A DNA stretch of 64,000 nt from Candidatus Pampinifervens sinense (lineage in GTDB: Bacteria; Aquificota; Aquificia; Aquificales; Aquificaceae): the NCBI GenBank assembly GCA_037927135.1, contig JAXSPP010000005.1:82785-146784 (forward strand), given 5' to 3'. This document shows positions 18,831-28,606 of the stretch, in pieces. Position numbers and translations under genes: made by a program. The notes under the pieces were generated by a model. That model worked only from the letters and a program-made list of their open reading frames with translations, had not been told where the DNA came from and searched no databases. Each line of letters starts with the position of its first letter. Within the stretch, counting starts at the first letter, position 1.

Positions 18831-19247
18831 ATGGCCTATGAGAAGTTGCTCTTTTATATTCTGACTGTACCCTTCTTTGAAAGGGCTGAACCTACCACTG
18901 GAGAGCTTATTAACCCTCAAGCGGGAGCTCCTTTCTTCCTAGCCACGGCGGCCACCACCATGGACTATGAGGTGGAAATGGTCATAACATCGGAAGCGGG
19001 CTTCCTTCTTATGAGGGATAATGCCAAGAAGGTGAAGGTAAGACCAGGTGTGGAGCAAACGGTGTATGACTTTATAAAGATGGCGAAGGATGCGGGGGTT
19101 AAGATATATCTCTGTGTGCCCTCTTTGGACCTAACGGATATATATAAGAAGGAGGATGTAAATCCGGAGCTCTGTGATGGTATTATAGGTGGAGCGGCCT
19201 TCCTTGACAAGCTTATGAGTGGCGAGTATGCGGTCATTACCCTTTAA
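18831..19247 (+). CDS. DsrE-family (DsrE3-type) sulfurtransferase
   Basis: APFFLA, AKDAGVKIYLC, GGAAF; within the sHdr cluster. Confidence 0.82.
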   Translation: MAYEKLLFYILTVPFFERAEPTTGELINPQAGAPFFLATAATTMDYEVEMVITSEAGFLLMRDNAKKVKVRPGVEQTVYDFIKMAKDAGVKIYLCVPSLDLTDIYKKEDVNPELCDGIIGGAAFLDKLMSGEYAVITL

Positions 19248-19270
19248 CCCCTTTTTTGTCCATGGGTTTA

Positions 19271-19350
19271 TAAGCATATACTTAAATCACCATAAGAATA
19301 ACTTATTTGACTTTAATGAATTATGTCATACTTTTATAAGAAGAACTTAG
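19271..19350. promoter_or_regulatory. Three operator-like TAAG-N5/6-CTTA sites upstream of hdrC1
   Basis: TAAGCATATACTTA (19271-84), ATAAGAATAACTTAT (19292-306), ATAAGAAGAACTTAG (19336-50). Confidence 0.55.
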
Positions 19351-19366
19351 GTTAGGAGGTGTAGAG

Positions 19367-20095
19367 ATGGACGGGCACCCTTATGGATACAATATACCCA
19401 TATCTGAAAAGACCAAGGCAGTGCCTTGGGAAGAAAAGGTCCGTGTTATAGAGGAAGTAAAATCAGACTTTCGCTTTAAAGAATACATATTTGGCTGTCT
19501 TAACTGCGGTGTGTGTACAGCATCCTGTCCATCCAACAGGTTCTTTGATTACTCTCCAAGGGAGATAGTCCAAAGGTTCTTGGAAGATGATGTGGAAGTT
19601 CTTTACGATATGATGCATGAGTACATATGGGCTTGCTCTCAGTGCTTTACATGTTGGATAAGGTGTCCCTTTGTCAACAACCCTGGTGGCCTTGTGGCCA
19701 TAATGAGAGAGGTAGCAGTAAGAAATGCCTTTGAAGCCACAAAGGACCTTCTTAAGCCTTACGGAAGGGTTCTACTTAAGGTTATGACCACAGGAAACCA
19801 GCTTTCTGCAGATATGCTCCAGCCAGACTTCTTCCCAGACTGGGGTCCAAAGATGGCGGACAATATGGAAAACCTTAGGGCAAAAAGGCTTGCCATACCC
19901 TTTGACGTAGGAAAGTCTGTGAAGACCGCTTGGGAAGTATCCTTGGAAACTGCTATAGAGATGTACACCATTTGGAGAGAGACGGGCATCTTTGAAATGC
20001 TTGAAAAGCTTGATCCTAACCTCTACAACGTCATAATGGACATAGTAGAAGAGAACGAGGAGAGATATGCTGAACTTTATGAGGAGGAAGAGTGA
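19367..20095 (+). CDS. hdrC1: sHdrC1, 4Fe-4S subunit of the sulfur-oxidising heterodisulfide reductase-like complex
   Basis: CLNCGVCTASCP and CSQCFTCWIRCP; cluster context. Confidence 0.9.
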   Translation: MDGHPYGYNIPISEKTKAVPWEEKVRVIEEVKSDFRFKEYIFGCLNCGVCTASCPSNRFFDYSPREIVQRFLEDDVEVLYDMMHEYIWACSQCFTCWIRCPFVNNPGGLVAIMREVAVRNAFEATKDLLKPYGRVLLKVMTTGNQLSADMLQPDFFPDWGPKMADNMENLRAKRLAIPFDVGKSVKTAWEVSLETAIEMYTIWRETGIFEMLEKLDPNLYNVIMDIVEENEERYAELYEEEE

Positions 20096-20143
20096 GCTAA
20101 CAAAAGGGGCTAAAACCCCAAAAAACTTTAAGGAGGTGTAACC

Positions 20144-21496
20144 ATGGCACACGGAGGTTTTGGGCATAACAGCCCAGGAGGGCTTTTAAGGTATCCAGAA
20201 AAGCCACCTTTCCCACTCAAAGAGTACAACTCCCACTATGACCACATCTTTGAGATGATGGAAGAACTTGAAGCAAAGGGAGAGATACTCATATACAGGA
20301 TAACGGAGGAGCACCAGCCCATACCCGTCTACACCAGAACTGGAAGGATAAAGCTAATACCCACCAATAAGCTTTGGCACCACAAATCCTGTGGCCAATG
20401 TGGAAACATACCAGGATATCCAGCTTCACTCTTCTGGTTTATGAATAAGTTTGGCCTAGATTACCTTAACGAGCCACATCAAACTTCCTGTACTGCATGG
20501 AACTATCACGGTTCTGGTACATCAAACCCAGTAGCCCTTGCAGCAGTTTGGCTCAGAAACATGCACCAAGCTTGGAAAACGGGCTACTATCCTCTCATCC
20601 ACTGCGGAACATCCTTCGGATCTTACAAAGAGACGAGGGAACAGCTCATTATGAACAAGGAGCTAAGGGATGCAGTAAAGCCAATCCTTAAGAAGCTTGG
20701 AAGGCTTACAGAGGATGGAAGGATAGTTATACCTCAGGAGATAGTGCATTACTCTGAATGGGTCCACGCTATGAGGTATAAGATTGCGGAGCTCTATGAA
20801 AAGGAAGGAAAGCCAAAGGGTATAGACGTTTCCAATGTAAGGGTGGCTATACACAACGCTTGCCACACTTACAAGATGATAGCGGATGACTACCCTTACG
20901 ATCCGGAGGTCTTCAATGGTCAAAGGCCAGCAGCATCTACGGCGGTTATAAAGGCCCTTGGTGCGCAGGTGGTAGATTACTCCACATGGTATGACTGTTG
21001 TGGTTTTGGTTTCAGGCACATTCTCACAGAGAGGGAGTTTACAAGATCCTTTGCCATACAGAGGAAGCTAAAGGTTATAGCCGAAGAAGTAAAGGCTGAT
21101 GTTATCATAACTCACGATACGGGTTGCACCACAACCTTTGAAAAGAACCAGTGGATAGGAAAGGCCCATGGTATGTACCATCCTGTGGCCGTAATGTCTG
21201 ATGTGATGTTTGCAGCTTTGGCATGCGGAGCCCATCCATTTAAGGTAGTCCAGCTCTACTGGAACTGCTCCAACTACGAGCCACTTCTTGAGAAGATGGG
21301 TATAACCAACTGGAGAGAGCTAAAGAAGGAGTGGGAAGACACGGTCAAGTACATAGCGGAGCTTGAAAAGGCAGGAAAGTATGATGAGCTCATGGAGTTC
21401 TTCAAGGAGTATGACCTGTATGAGCCTTACAGCAAGACCTCTACAGGAAAGCCTAAGGCTTCTGCTACTTCCAACATACCACTGTTTAAGTCTTAA
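20144..21496 (+). CDS. hdrB1: sHdrB1, CCG-domain subunit
   Basis: KSCGQC, QTSCT, HCGTS, DCCGFGF, HDTGC. Confidence 0.9.
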   Translation: MAHGGFGHNSPGGLLRYPEKPPFPLKEYNSHYDHIFEMMEELEAKGEILIYRITEEHQPIPVYTRTGRIKLIPTNKLWHHKSCGQCGNIPGYPASLFWFMNKFGLDYLNEPHQTSCTAWNYHGSGTSNPVALAAVWLRNMHQAWKTGYYPLIHCGTSFGSYKETREQLIMNKELRDAVKPILKKLGRLTEDGRIVIPQEIVHYSEWVHAMRYKIAELYEKEGKPKGIDVSNVRVAIHNACHTYKMIADDYPYDPEVFNGQRPAASTAVIKALGAQVVDYSTWYDCCGFGFRHILTEREFTRSFAIQRKLKVIAEEVKADVIITHDTGCTTTFEKNQWIGKAHGMYHPVAVMSDVMFAALACGAHPFKVVQLYWNCSNYEPLLEKMGITNWRELKKEWEDTVKYIAELEKAGKYDELMEFFKEYDLYEPYSKTSTGKPKASATSNIPLFKS

Positions 21497-21504
21497 GCTT
21501 TTGT

Positions 21505-21521
21505 GGGGGCCTTGCGCCCCC
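21505..21521 (+). other. Intergenic GC hairpin (mRNA stabiliser or attenuator) between hdrB1 and hdrA
   Basis: GGGGGC-CTTGC-GCCCCC. Confidence 0.45.
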
Positions 21522-21547
21522 TTAAATTTCATTAAAGGAGGTATAAG

Positions 21548-22606
21548 ATGGCTAAGAGTGTGCTGGTGATAGGTGGTGGTCCTGCTGGTCTTTCGGCGGC
21601 CAGAGCCCTAGGTATGCTAGGCATACCCACCATACTGGTGGAAAAGGATGGCCAGCTTGGTGGAAACCCAATCAAAAACCACTACCACACCCTAATACCC
21701 AGGAAGCTAAAGCCCTCTCAGGTGATAGACCCCTACATAAAGGAAGTGGAGAGCAACCCTAATATTAAGGTTTTGCTAAACACAGAGCTTACCGCCTGTG
21801 AGGGTGAGCCTGGAGCCTATAGGGTAACCTTGTCCAACGGAGAGAAATACGAGGTGGGTGCCATCATAGTTGCCACAGGCTTTGAACACTTTGACCCAAG
21901 AAGAAAGGGAGAGCTAGGCTATGGCCTCTACCCCGATGTGATAACAAACCTTGAGCTAGAAAGGATGTTCTCTCAAGAGGGTAAACTTTATAGGCCTTCT
22001 AATGGACAACTGCCAAAGAGAGTGGCCTTTGTGTTCTGTGTAGGTTCAAGGGACAGACAGCTAGGTGTTACAAACGTGCATTGCTGTAGGTATGGCTGTG
22101 CCCTTTCTGGCCTTCAGGCTATGGAGATAAAGGAACACTATCCCGATGTGGATGTATTCTGCTATTACATGGACGTTAGAACCTATGGCACATGGGAGTA
22201 TCCCTTCTACTGGGCACCCCAAGAGAAGTATGGTGTGAGGTATGTAAGGGGTAGGATAGCGGAGATCACATACAGCCCAGCGGATGGAAGACTTAGGGTA
22301 AAGCATGAAGATACCATAGTGCAAAGGCCTGCAGAGGTGCCCATGGACCTTGTGGTTCTTGTGCTTGGTATGGAGCCATCTGCTGGAACGAAGAAAGTGG
22401 CCAAAATACTAGGCCTTGCCCAAGATCCAGATAGCCAATTCCTCATACCTTCAGACGAATCTGGCTCAAACATCATATCCAATAAGCCCGGAATCTTCAT
22501 AGCTGGTGCATGTAAGGGACCCATAGATATAGAGTCCTCCTTCTCTGAAGGAGAGGCGGCGGCGGCAGAAGCGGCAGCCTTCATAGGTGCAAAGGTGACC
22601 GTATGA
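21548..22606 (+). CDS. hdrA: sHdrA, FAD-binding subunit
   Basis: VIGGGPAG, ATG, FCVGSRD..CCRYGC, YMDVRTYG, AGACKGP. Confidence 0.92.
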   Translation: MAKSVLVIGGGPAGLSAARALGMLGIPTILVEKDGQLGGNPIKNHYHTLIPRKLKPSQVIDPYIKEVESNPNIKVLLNTELTACEGEPGAYRVTLSNGEKYEVGAIIVATGFEHFDPRRKGELGYGLYPDVITNLELERMFSQEGKLYRPSNGQLPKRVAFVFCVGSRDRQLGVTNVHCCRYGCALSGLQAMEIKEHYPDVDVFCYYMDVRTYGTWEYPFYWAPQEKYGVRYVRGRIAEITYSPADGRLRVKHEDTIVQRPAEVPMDLVVLVLGMEPSAGTKKVAKILGLAQDPDSQFLIPSDESGSNIISNKPGIFIAGACKGPIDIESSFSEGEAAAAEAAAFIGAKVTV

Positions 22607-23337
22607 AGAAACCAGTCTCCTTAGACGACTTTCTTGTTAGGGACTATTTGATAAAGATACTAGGAGAAGGCGAGGAGTTTATCCAAGATTTTTATAAGGA
22701 CCTCCTCGCCAAATCCCTCCTTTTCCAACAGGCCTTTAGCAAAGAAAGGCTACCATCTTTGACAGAGGAGGATTTAGACCTTATCCTTGAGAAGATCTTT
22801 GCCTCCAGGAGGAGAAGGAAGAAGATACTTGAAGAGACGGGTGTAGAAAGGTTGAAAAAGGCTATAAGCGACCTGCTTTACAAGGAGGCACAAAGCTGGG
22901 AAGAAAGGGTGGAAAGGTTTGTCAAAGAGATAAGGGGTGTGGACAGAAAAATGGCCAGAGACGTAGCCAGTGAGATCTTGCATTTTACCTTTCCTGAGGA
23001 GTATGTGCTTTGGACAAGCTGGATTTGGGACCCTGAAAGCGAGAGCGGTGCGGTAGTTTTCCTAAAAGAGGAGCCACCAAAGAGGAGTATGTACGGGGAG
23101 ACCTATGAGGAGTTTTCTCAGGTGTACAGACAGATCCAAGAGAAGCTTTTGGACTTTGGTATAAAAGCAAAGGGCTACCTTTTTGTAGACATATTCCTAG
23201 CTATGATATACGCTACCTACGTAGACTACATGACTCTATCTACTATGCATAGCGCCAAGGGCTTCTTTCCCCCTGCTGGAGTGATGGCAAGGAGGCTCCT
23301 TGGCGTGATTAGAAAGGAAGACCTTTTGGAGGTGTAA
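22603..23337 (+). CDS. sHdrH (conserved hypothetical protein of the sHdr cluster)
   Basis: Conserved position between hdrA and hdrC2; EILHF..PE.Y.LW..W.WD. Confidence 0.75.
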   Translation: MKKPVSLDDFLVRDYLIKILGEGEEFIQDFYKDLLAKSLLFQQAFSKERLPSLTEEDLDLILEKIFASRRRRKKILEETGVERLKKAISDLLYKEAQSWEERVERFVKEIRGVDRKMARDVASEILHFTFPEEYVLWTSWIWDPESESGAVVFLKEEPPKRSMYGETYEEFSQVYRQIQEKLLDFGIKAKGYLFVDIFLAMIYATYVDYMTLSTMHSAKGFFPPAGVMARRLLGVIRKEDLLEV

Positions 23338-23340
23338 GCC

Positions 23341-24099
23341 ATGGCTATACATGAGAGAAGCCTTGTAGAACCAGAAAGAATTTTAAGAAAGGAAAGGCTT
23401 GTCATTGATGGTGTAGATGTATCTGGAGACTGGAACCTTATCATACTTCCCAGAGTTATAAACGACTACGATCTAGACTTTGCCAAGGAGATAATCAACT
23501 CTCCAGACGGTAAAACCATAGTCCAATGCTATCAATGTTCTTATTGTACAGCCTCTTGTCCTGTTCACAACTACTGGGATGAAAGGTACAACCCAAGGCA
23601 CTTTATCTACCTTGCAAGGCTTGGCCTCATAGATGAGCTTCAAAAGAGAGCTGATGTAATGTGGAGATGCGTCTCTTGCCACAAGTGCACACACAGATGT
23701 CCGAAAGGCGTCTTGGTAGAGGAGGTGCTAAAGGTTATTCTAAGGGTAATGGCCAAGAGGGGCCTTATAGATGAGTATCCTTCTAAGAAGTTTGACAAGT
23801 TCTTTACTGAGTCTGTGCTTGAGTATGGAAGAATAGAGGATGGTGAGCTTCTCTTCGGATGGATAGAAAAGCAAGGCTACAGAGTCTTCAAAGATCCCAT
23901 ACTCAAAAAGCCTATACCTTTCATAGGAGAAACGCCCGAGTGGCTAAAACAGCTTGCCATAAAACCTATCAAGTCAATGAACATAAGCTTTTTGGTTCTT
24001 AATGCAAAGCATATGCTCTTCCACCCAAGGACCAAAAACTGGAGCAAGTTCAAGCAAGTACTACGTAAAGTGATGCAAGAGGAAGGAGCACTACAATAA
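23341..24099 (+). CDS. hdrC2: sHdrC2, 4Fe-4S subunit
   Basis: CYQCSYCTASCP and CVSCHKCTHRCP. Confidence 0.9.
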   Translation: MAIHERSLVEPERILRKERLVIDGVDVSGDWNLIILPRVINDYDLDFAKEIINSPDGKTIVQCYQCSYCTASCPVHNYWDERYNPRHFIYLARLGLIDELQKRADVMWRCVSCHKCTHRCPKGVLVEEVLKVILRVMAKRGLIDEYPSKKFDKFFTESVLEYGRIEDGELLFGWIEKQGYRVFKDPILKKPIPFIGETPEWLKQLAIKPIKSMNISFLVLNAKHMLFHPRTKNWSKFKQVLRKVMQEEGALQ

Positions 24100-24112
24100 G
24101 GAGGTTAGAAAG

Positions 24113-25072
24113 ATGGGTGTGATAGGAAAGAGGGTAGCCTATTACCCTGGCTGTTCCCTTGAGGGTGCAGCTAGGGCTTATGACGTATCCACAAGGATAG
24201 TAGCCAAAGAGCTAGGTCTAGAGCTTGATTATCTGGAGGACTATAACTGTTGCGGTGCTATGGAATCAAAGAATGTTACCTTTATGGGCACACTTCTTCT
24301 GAACGCAAGGAATATGTCTTTGGCCAGAAAGCAAGGCCATACGGTAATAGTGGCTCCATGCAACGGCTGTTCCTTCTCTCTTCAAAGGGCTGAATACTTC
24401 CTGGAAACAGATAAGGCCTTGTTTGAAAAGGTGAACGCATTGTTAAGAGAGGGTGGTGTGGACCCCCTTGATCAAATTCCTCAAACCTACCATATACTTG
24501 AATGGTTCTACCATGAGGCTGGACCTCAAAAGGTAAAGGAGAAGACAAGGAAGCCTCTAAAGGGTCTTAAGGTGGCCAACTACTATGGATGCCTGTACAC
24601 AAGGCCCCACTTTTACGCAAGAACTTACTCCCATGCAGGCGGTCAGCAAGAGGAGGCAAGGCCAAGAAGGAGAGAGACTGCCGATGACGATGAGCATCCC
24701 TATTACATGAACGCTCTTCTTGAGGCGGCTGGCGCAACAAGTGTAGATTTTGAGCCTATGCATACACAGTGCTGTGGCGGGCCTCACTCCTTGTCCGACG
24801 AACAGGTTTCAGAAAAGTTTGTGATGATGATACTCCAGACCGCTAAGAGGAACGGTGCAGACATCATAGCCACCGAATGCCCTCTATGTCATGCCTCTCT
24901 TGAGATGTACAGGCATAGGTTGATGATGAAGGGTGTGCCAGACGTAGATGTACCAGCAGCCTACTTTACACAGCTTTTGGGAATAGCTTTTGGCTATAGT
25001 GTTAATGATGTCAAGCTAAAGGATAACCTTTCCGATCCTATACCCGTTCTCAAGAGGCTTGGCTTGGTGTAA
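24113..25072 (+). CDS. hdrB2: sHdrB2, CCG-domain subunit
   Basis: YYPGCSL, NCCG, PCNGC, YYGC, QCCG, ECPLC. Confidence 0.92.
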   Translation: MGVIGKRVAYYPGCSLEGAARAYDVSTRIVAKELGLELDYLEDYNCCGAMESKNVTFMGTLLLNARNMSLARKQGHTVIVAPCNGCSFSLQRAEYFLETDKALFEKVNALLREGGVDPLDQIPQTYHILEWFYHEAGPQKVKEKTRKPLKGLKVANYYGCLYTRPHFYARTYSHAGGQQEEARPRRRETADDDEHPYYMNALLEAAGATSVDFEPMHTQCCGGPHSLSDEQVSEKFVMMILQTAKRNGADIIATECPLCHASLEMYRHRLMMKGVPDVDVPAAYFTQLLGIAFGYSVNDVKLKDNLSDPIPVLKRLGLV

Positions 25073-25084
25073 GGAGGTAAGGGT

Positions 25085-25564
25085 ATGGGGCTTGTGCAGG
25101 AGCCTCAAAGCACAAACGAATGGGAATACAACGGATGTATAATACCCTTGGATCTTTATTACGATATAGAAACGCAGACGTGGCTTAGGGTCAATGAGGA
25201 TGGTACGGTTACCATGGGCCTTACCGATGTGGGACAGGTAAGAGCCGGGAGGCTCCTGCACGCCAGGATAAAGGATGTGGGAAAGGTTATAAAGAAGGGA
25301 AAGCCTGTAGCCTCGCTGGAGAGTGGTAAATGGGCTGGGCCTATAAATGCCTTGGTGGAAGGTGAGGTGGTAGAGAGGAACGAAAAGGTTTTAGAGCAAC
25401 CCGATATAATAAACTATGATCCTTATGGAGAGGGTTGGATAGTTAAGATGAAGCCTTTTGACCTTGAAAGGGATATAAAGGACCTGCTTTATGGCAAGGA
25501 TGCTATAGAGGAGATGAAAAGGTATATTGATGAATGGGATATTATCTGTATGAGGTGCACGTGA
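25085..25564 (+). CDS. lbpA: Lipoate-binding protein LbpA (GcvH-like)
   Basis: GLTD, SLESGKWAG lipoyl-Lys, NYDPYGEGWI; sHdr context. Confidence 0.88.
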   Translation: MGLVQEPQSTNEWEYNGCIIPLDLYYDIETQTWLRVNEDGTVTMGLTDVGQVRAGRLLHARIKDVGKVIKKGKPVASLESGKWAGPINALVEGEVVERNEKVLEQPDIINYDPYGEGWIVKMKPFDLERDIKDLLYGKDAIEEMKRYIDEWDIICMRCT

Positions 25565-25821
25565 TGGCGGCAAAAGATAAACATGTAATACTTTTGGTCT
25601 CTCAGTGGTGTGCCACTTGTCCAGATGCGGATGCCCTTTGGAGAAAGTTGCAAGCGGAATATGGCTTTAAGTATGAGGTTTTGGATGTGGCACAGCCTGA
25701 GGGCAGAATGTGGGCCAAAAAGCTGCTCATAAGGGCTGTTCCCTCCACCATAATAGACGGTAAGCTAGCCTTCGTTGGAGTGCCAGACGAGGCGGAAGCA
25801 AGGAGGGCTATAGAGTCGTGA
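25564..25821 (+). CDS. Small thioredoxin/glutaredoxin-like protein (WCATCP)
   Basis: WCATCP redox motif, AVPSTIIDGK..FVGVP. Confidence 0.85.
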   Translation: MAAKDKHVILLVSQWCATCPDADALWRKLQAEYGFKYEVLDVAQPEGRMWAKKLLIRAVPSTIIDGKLAFVGVPDEAEARRAIES

Positions 25822-26207
25822 AGGTGATAATACTTATGACCAGCGGGCCAAGAACGCCTTGGCGCTGTGCAGCTCCCTTTTACATAGCGGCCCTAATGGC
25901 CTCCAATGAGGCGGATGTGGAGATATTCTTTAATATGGATGGAACAAGGCTTTTGAAGAAGGGTGTGGCAGAAAGGATAATACCTGGGGAGCCAAACTGC
26001 CTATCTCCCGATGGTAAAAAGCTAAAGACGGTGTACGATTTTATGAAGGATGCAAAGCAAGCTGGTGTTAAATTTTACTCCTGTAAGCAGGCCATAGATT
26101 CCTTGGGCTACAAGCCCGAGGACCTTATACCCGAACTGGACGGCATATTTCCAGCTAGTGAGTTTGCTATAAGAGCTATGGAGGCTGATAAAGTGCTAAC
26201 ATTTTAA
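25818..26207 (+). CDS. DsrE-family (DsrE3-type) protein
   Basis: TSGP.TP.RCAAPF, AKQAGVKFYSC. Confidence 0.85.
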   Translation: MKVIILMTSGPRTPWRCAAPFYIAALMASNEADVEIFFNMDGTRLLKKGVAERIIPGEPNCLSPDGKKLKTVYDFMKDAKQAGVKFYSCKQAIDSLGYKPEDLIPELDGIFPASEFAIRAMEADKVLTF

Positions 26208-26230
26208 AAATCTCATAAAGGAGGGTAGAG

Positions 26231-26677
26231 ATGGCTGTAGTTAACGGATGCAACATACCAGAGGACCTTTTGTATGATGTGGACCCAGAGGCAAACGCCT
26301 TCACTTGGGCCAAAGACAACGGAGATGGCACATACACGGTAGGCCTTACCTCTGTAGCTGCTGCCATGGCTGGAAGGCTTGTAGCTTACACACCCAAAAA
26401 GGTGGGAAAGGTAATAGAAAGACGCAAAAGCATAGCTACCATAGAGAGCGGTAAGTGGGTTGGACCAGTGCCTACACCCCTTACGGGAGAGATAGTGGAG
26501 GTAAACGAGGCTCTCAAAGGTAATCCCGCTTTGGTAAATGATGATCCTTACGGTGCTGGTTGGATAGCAAAGATAAAGCCCACCAATCCAGAAGAGGTAA
26601 AAAGCTTGCTAACAGGCCAGGCGGCGGTAGAAGCTCTTACCAAGGTCATAAACGAGAAGGGCATAAAATGCGGATAA
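26231..26677 (+). CDS. lbpA: Lipoate-binding protein LbpA (GcvH-like)
   Basis: TIESGKWVGP lipoyl-Lys, NDDPYGAGWI. Confidence 0.88.
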   Translation: MAVVNGCNIPEDLLYDVDPEANAFTWAKDNGDGTYTVGLTSVAAAMAGRLVAYTPKKVGKVIERRKSIATIESGKWVGPVPTPLTGEIVEVNEALKGNPALVNDDPYGAGWIAKIKPTNPEEVKSLLTGQAAVEALTKVINEKGIKCG

Positions 26678-27687
26678 TGGACCTGAGGGGTGGGCTTCTC
26701 CACCCCTCCTTAGAAGATGTTAAGCTGGATGAAGATCTTCTTGAAGAGTTAAAAGAAGGCTTTGAGATAAGGCTAAAAAACTTTGGCAAAGATATCCTTT
26801 TTCATAGTCCAGGCTTTAAGCACTATGAAGTGGATGATTTTTCAATAAAAAGTGGTCCAAAATTTGTGGATATATCTATAACTGGTAGAAACTGTGAGCT
26901 CATGTGCGATCATTGCGCCTCCAAAATCCTCTGGCATATGATACCCGCCATAACTCCAGAAGAACTGTGGAAGGTGGCCAATGAGCTAAAAACAAAGGGT
27001 ATAGACGGTGTGCTCATATCCGGTGGATCTAACAAGGATGGAGTGGTAGAGCTGTATCCTTTCTTTGATGTGATGAGGAGGATAAAGGAAGAGTTGGGTA
27101 TGTTTGTAAGCTGTCATGTGGGCCTTGTGGACAAAAGACTGGCAGAAGGGTTGAAAGAGGCAAAAGTGGATGCTGTGCTTTTGGATATAATAGGGGATGA
27201 CAGAACAATAGCGGAGGTTTACAAGCTTCCCCATAAGACCACCAAGGATTATGAAGAGTCCCTAAGGCTTTTAAAAGAAGCTGGACACAACATAGTTCCC
27301 CATGTGATAATAGGATTGCACTATGGACAGATTAGGGGTGAATACAAAGCTATAGATATGATCTCCCAGTTTGATCCCTCTGCCCTAGTAATAGTCATCA
27401 TAATGCCTTACTATGGAAAGGCTCGCTTTCAGCTTTTGCCACCACCCAAAGCAGAAGAGAGCGCAAGGGTAGTTTTGTATGCTAGAAAGGCCCTTCCTAA
27501 AAGGCCTGTGGTTATAGGCTGTGCTAGGCCAGCTGGACCAGAAAGGGTAAAGTTTGACCTCTATGCCCTGCATGCTGGGGTAAACGGTATAACCTTCCCA
27601 GCGGAAGGAATATTCACCTACGCCAAAAGCCTTGGATTGAAACCTATAATTTCACCTAACTGTTGCTCAACCATATTCTTGCACTAA
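26677..27687 (+). CDS. Radical SAM protein (LipS-type lipoate synthase of sHdr clusters)
   Basis: ISITG..CELMCDHC (CxxxCxxC), LISGG, PHVIIGLH, GCARP, C-terminal CCS; TAATG coupling to lbpA. Confidence 0.85.
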   Translation: MDLRGGLLHPSLEDVKLDEDLLEELKEGFEIRLKNFGKDILFHSPGFKHYEVDDFSIKSGPKFVDISITGRNCELMCDHCASKILWHMIPAITPEELWKVANELKTKGIDGVLISGGSNKDGVVELYPFFDVMRRIKEELGMFVSCHVGLVDKRLAEGLKEAKVDAVLLDIIGDDRTIAEVYKLPHKTTKDYEESLRLLKEAGHNIVPHVIIGLHYGQIRGEYKAIDMISQFDPSALVIVIIMPYYGKARFQLLPPPKAEESARVVLYARKALPKRPVVIGCARPAGPERVKFDLYALHAGVNGITFPAEGIFTYAKSLGLKPIISPNCCSTIFLH

Positions 27688-27698
27688 ATTTATAAGCT

Positions 27699-28076
27699 AT
27701 GAAGCTCTTTGACTTAGAGACGGCAAGAGAACTTATCACTTTGATAAAGCCTATAGTGGAGGAGATAAACCTAAAAAGGGAGGAATTAAGGGAGTGCCTT
27801 TTAAGGCTAGAAGAAGAGGAGGATCCTTTAGAGAAGATGTATCTGGAAAGTCATATAAAGGACCTGGATGAAGGTATAAGAAGGCTTTTTCAAAAGATAG
27901 AGGCCCTCGGTGGTGTCATTAAGGGTGTGGACCCCATCCTTGTAGACTTCCTCTCCTTTCACAAAAACAGGTATATATGGCTGTGCTGGAAGGAGGATGA
28001 GGACACGATCATGTATTGGCATGAGCTGGATGAAGGCTTTGCGGGAAGGAAGCCTGTAGACTTGCTTTATGAATAG
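27699..28076 (+). CDS. DUF2203 family protein
   Basis: LVDF...YIWLCWKEDE..I.YWH..EGFAGRKP. Confidence 0.88.
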   Translation: MKLFDLETARELITLIKPIVEEINLKREELRECLLRLEEEEDPLEKMYLESHIKDLDEGIRRLFQKIEALGGVIKGVDPILVDFLSFHKNRYIWLCWKEDEDTIMYWHELDEGFAGRKPVDLLYE

Positions 28077-28600
28077 AAGTCCATGAATATCTTTGAAGGT
28101 GTGGCTCCTCTCTGCCCCTGATACTTTCCTCTATAGGGCCTTTCTGCCTTTCTGTCTAGCTTTGCCAAAACTATTTGACATATGCGCACACCCTTGTAAA
28201 TCCTTATAGGACAGCTGTTGGCGTTATAAAGCTCAAGGGTAATCTGTCCTTCAAAGCCCGCATCCACCCACCCCGCATTTTCTATAAAAAGCCCAAGCCG
28301 CCCAAGGGAAGATCTACCCTCTACGAAGGCTGTAACATCCTCGGGAAGTTTTATATACTCTTCTGTTGTGGCAAGCATAAAGGCCTTTGGGGGTATAAGC
28401 AAGCCTTCTTCTGGTATGATAACCTTTTCCACAGGCAAATGAGGGCTTTTTATATCTATGCACTCTGACCTGTAGAAGAGCACTTCCCCGCTCAAAGTAA
28501 GGTCTATAGAAGATGCTTGAACGTTTTCTTCCCTGTAGGGTTCTATAACAAGCCTTCCCGACCTTATAAGCTCTTTAATGCTTCTGTCACTCAGTATCAT
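28067..28600 (-). CDS. dcd: dCTP deaminase
   Basis: MILSD, Q..SIDL, EGRSSLGRLG, AGWVDAGFEGQITLE, Y.GKYQGQ. Confidence 0.95.
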   Translation of the reverse strand: MILSDRSIKELIRSGRLVIEPYREENVQASSIDLTLSGEVLFYRSECIDIKSPHLPVEKVIIPEEGLLIPPKAFMLATTEEYIKLPEDVTAFVEGRSSLGRLGLFIENAGWVDAGFEGQITLELYNANSCPIRIYKGVRICQIVLAKLDRKAERPYRGKYQGQRGATPSKIFMDFYS

Positions 28601-28606
28601 GGCTTT

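Noticed and set aside
19367-25072. Methanogen-type CoB-CoM heterodisulfide reductase
   Set aside because: Short HdrA, C1B1A-H-C2B2 order and the tusA/dsrE/lbpA context identify the sulfur-oxidising sHdr type
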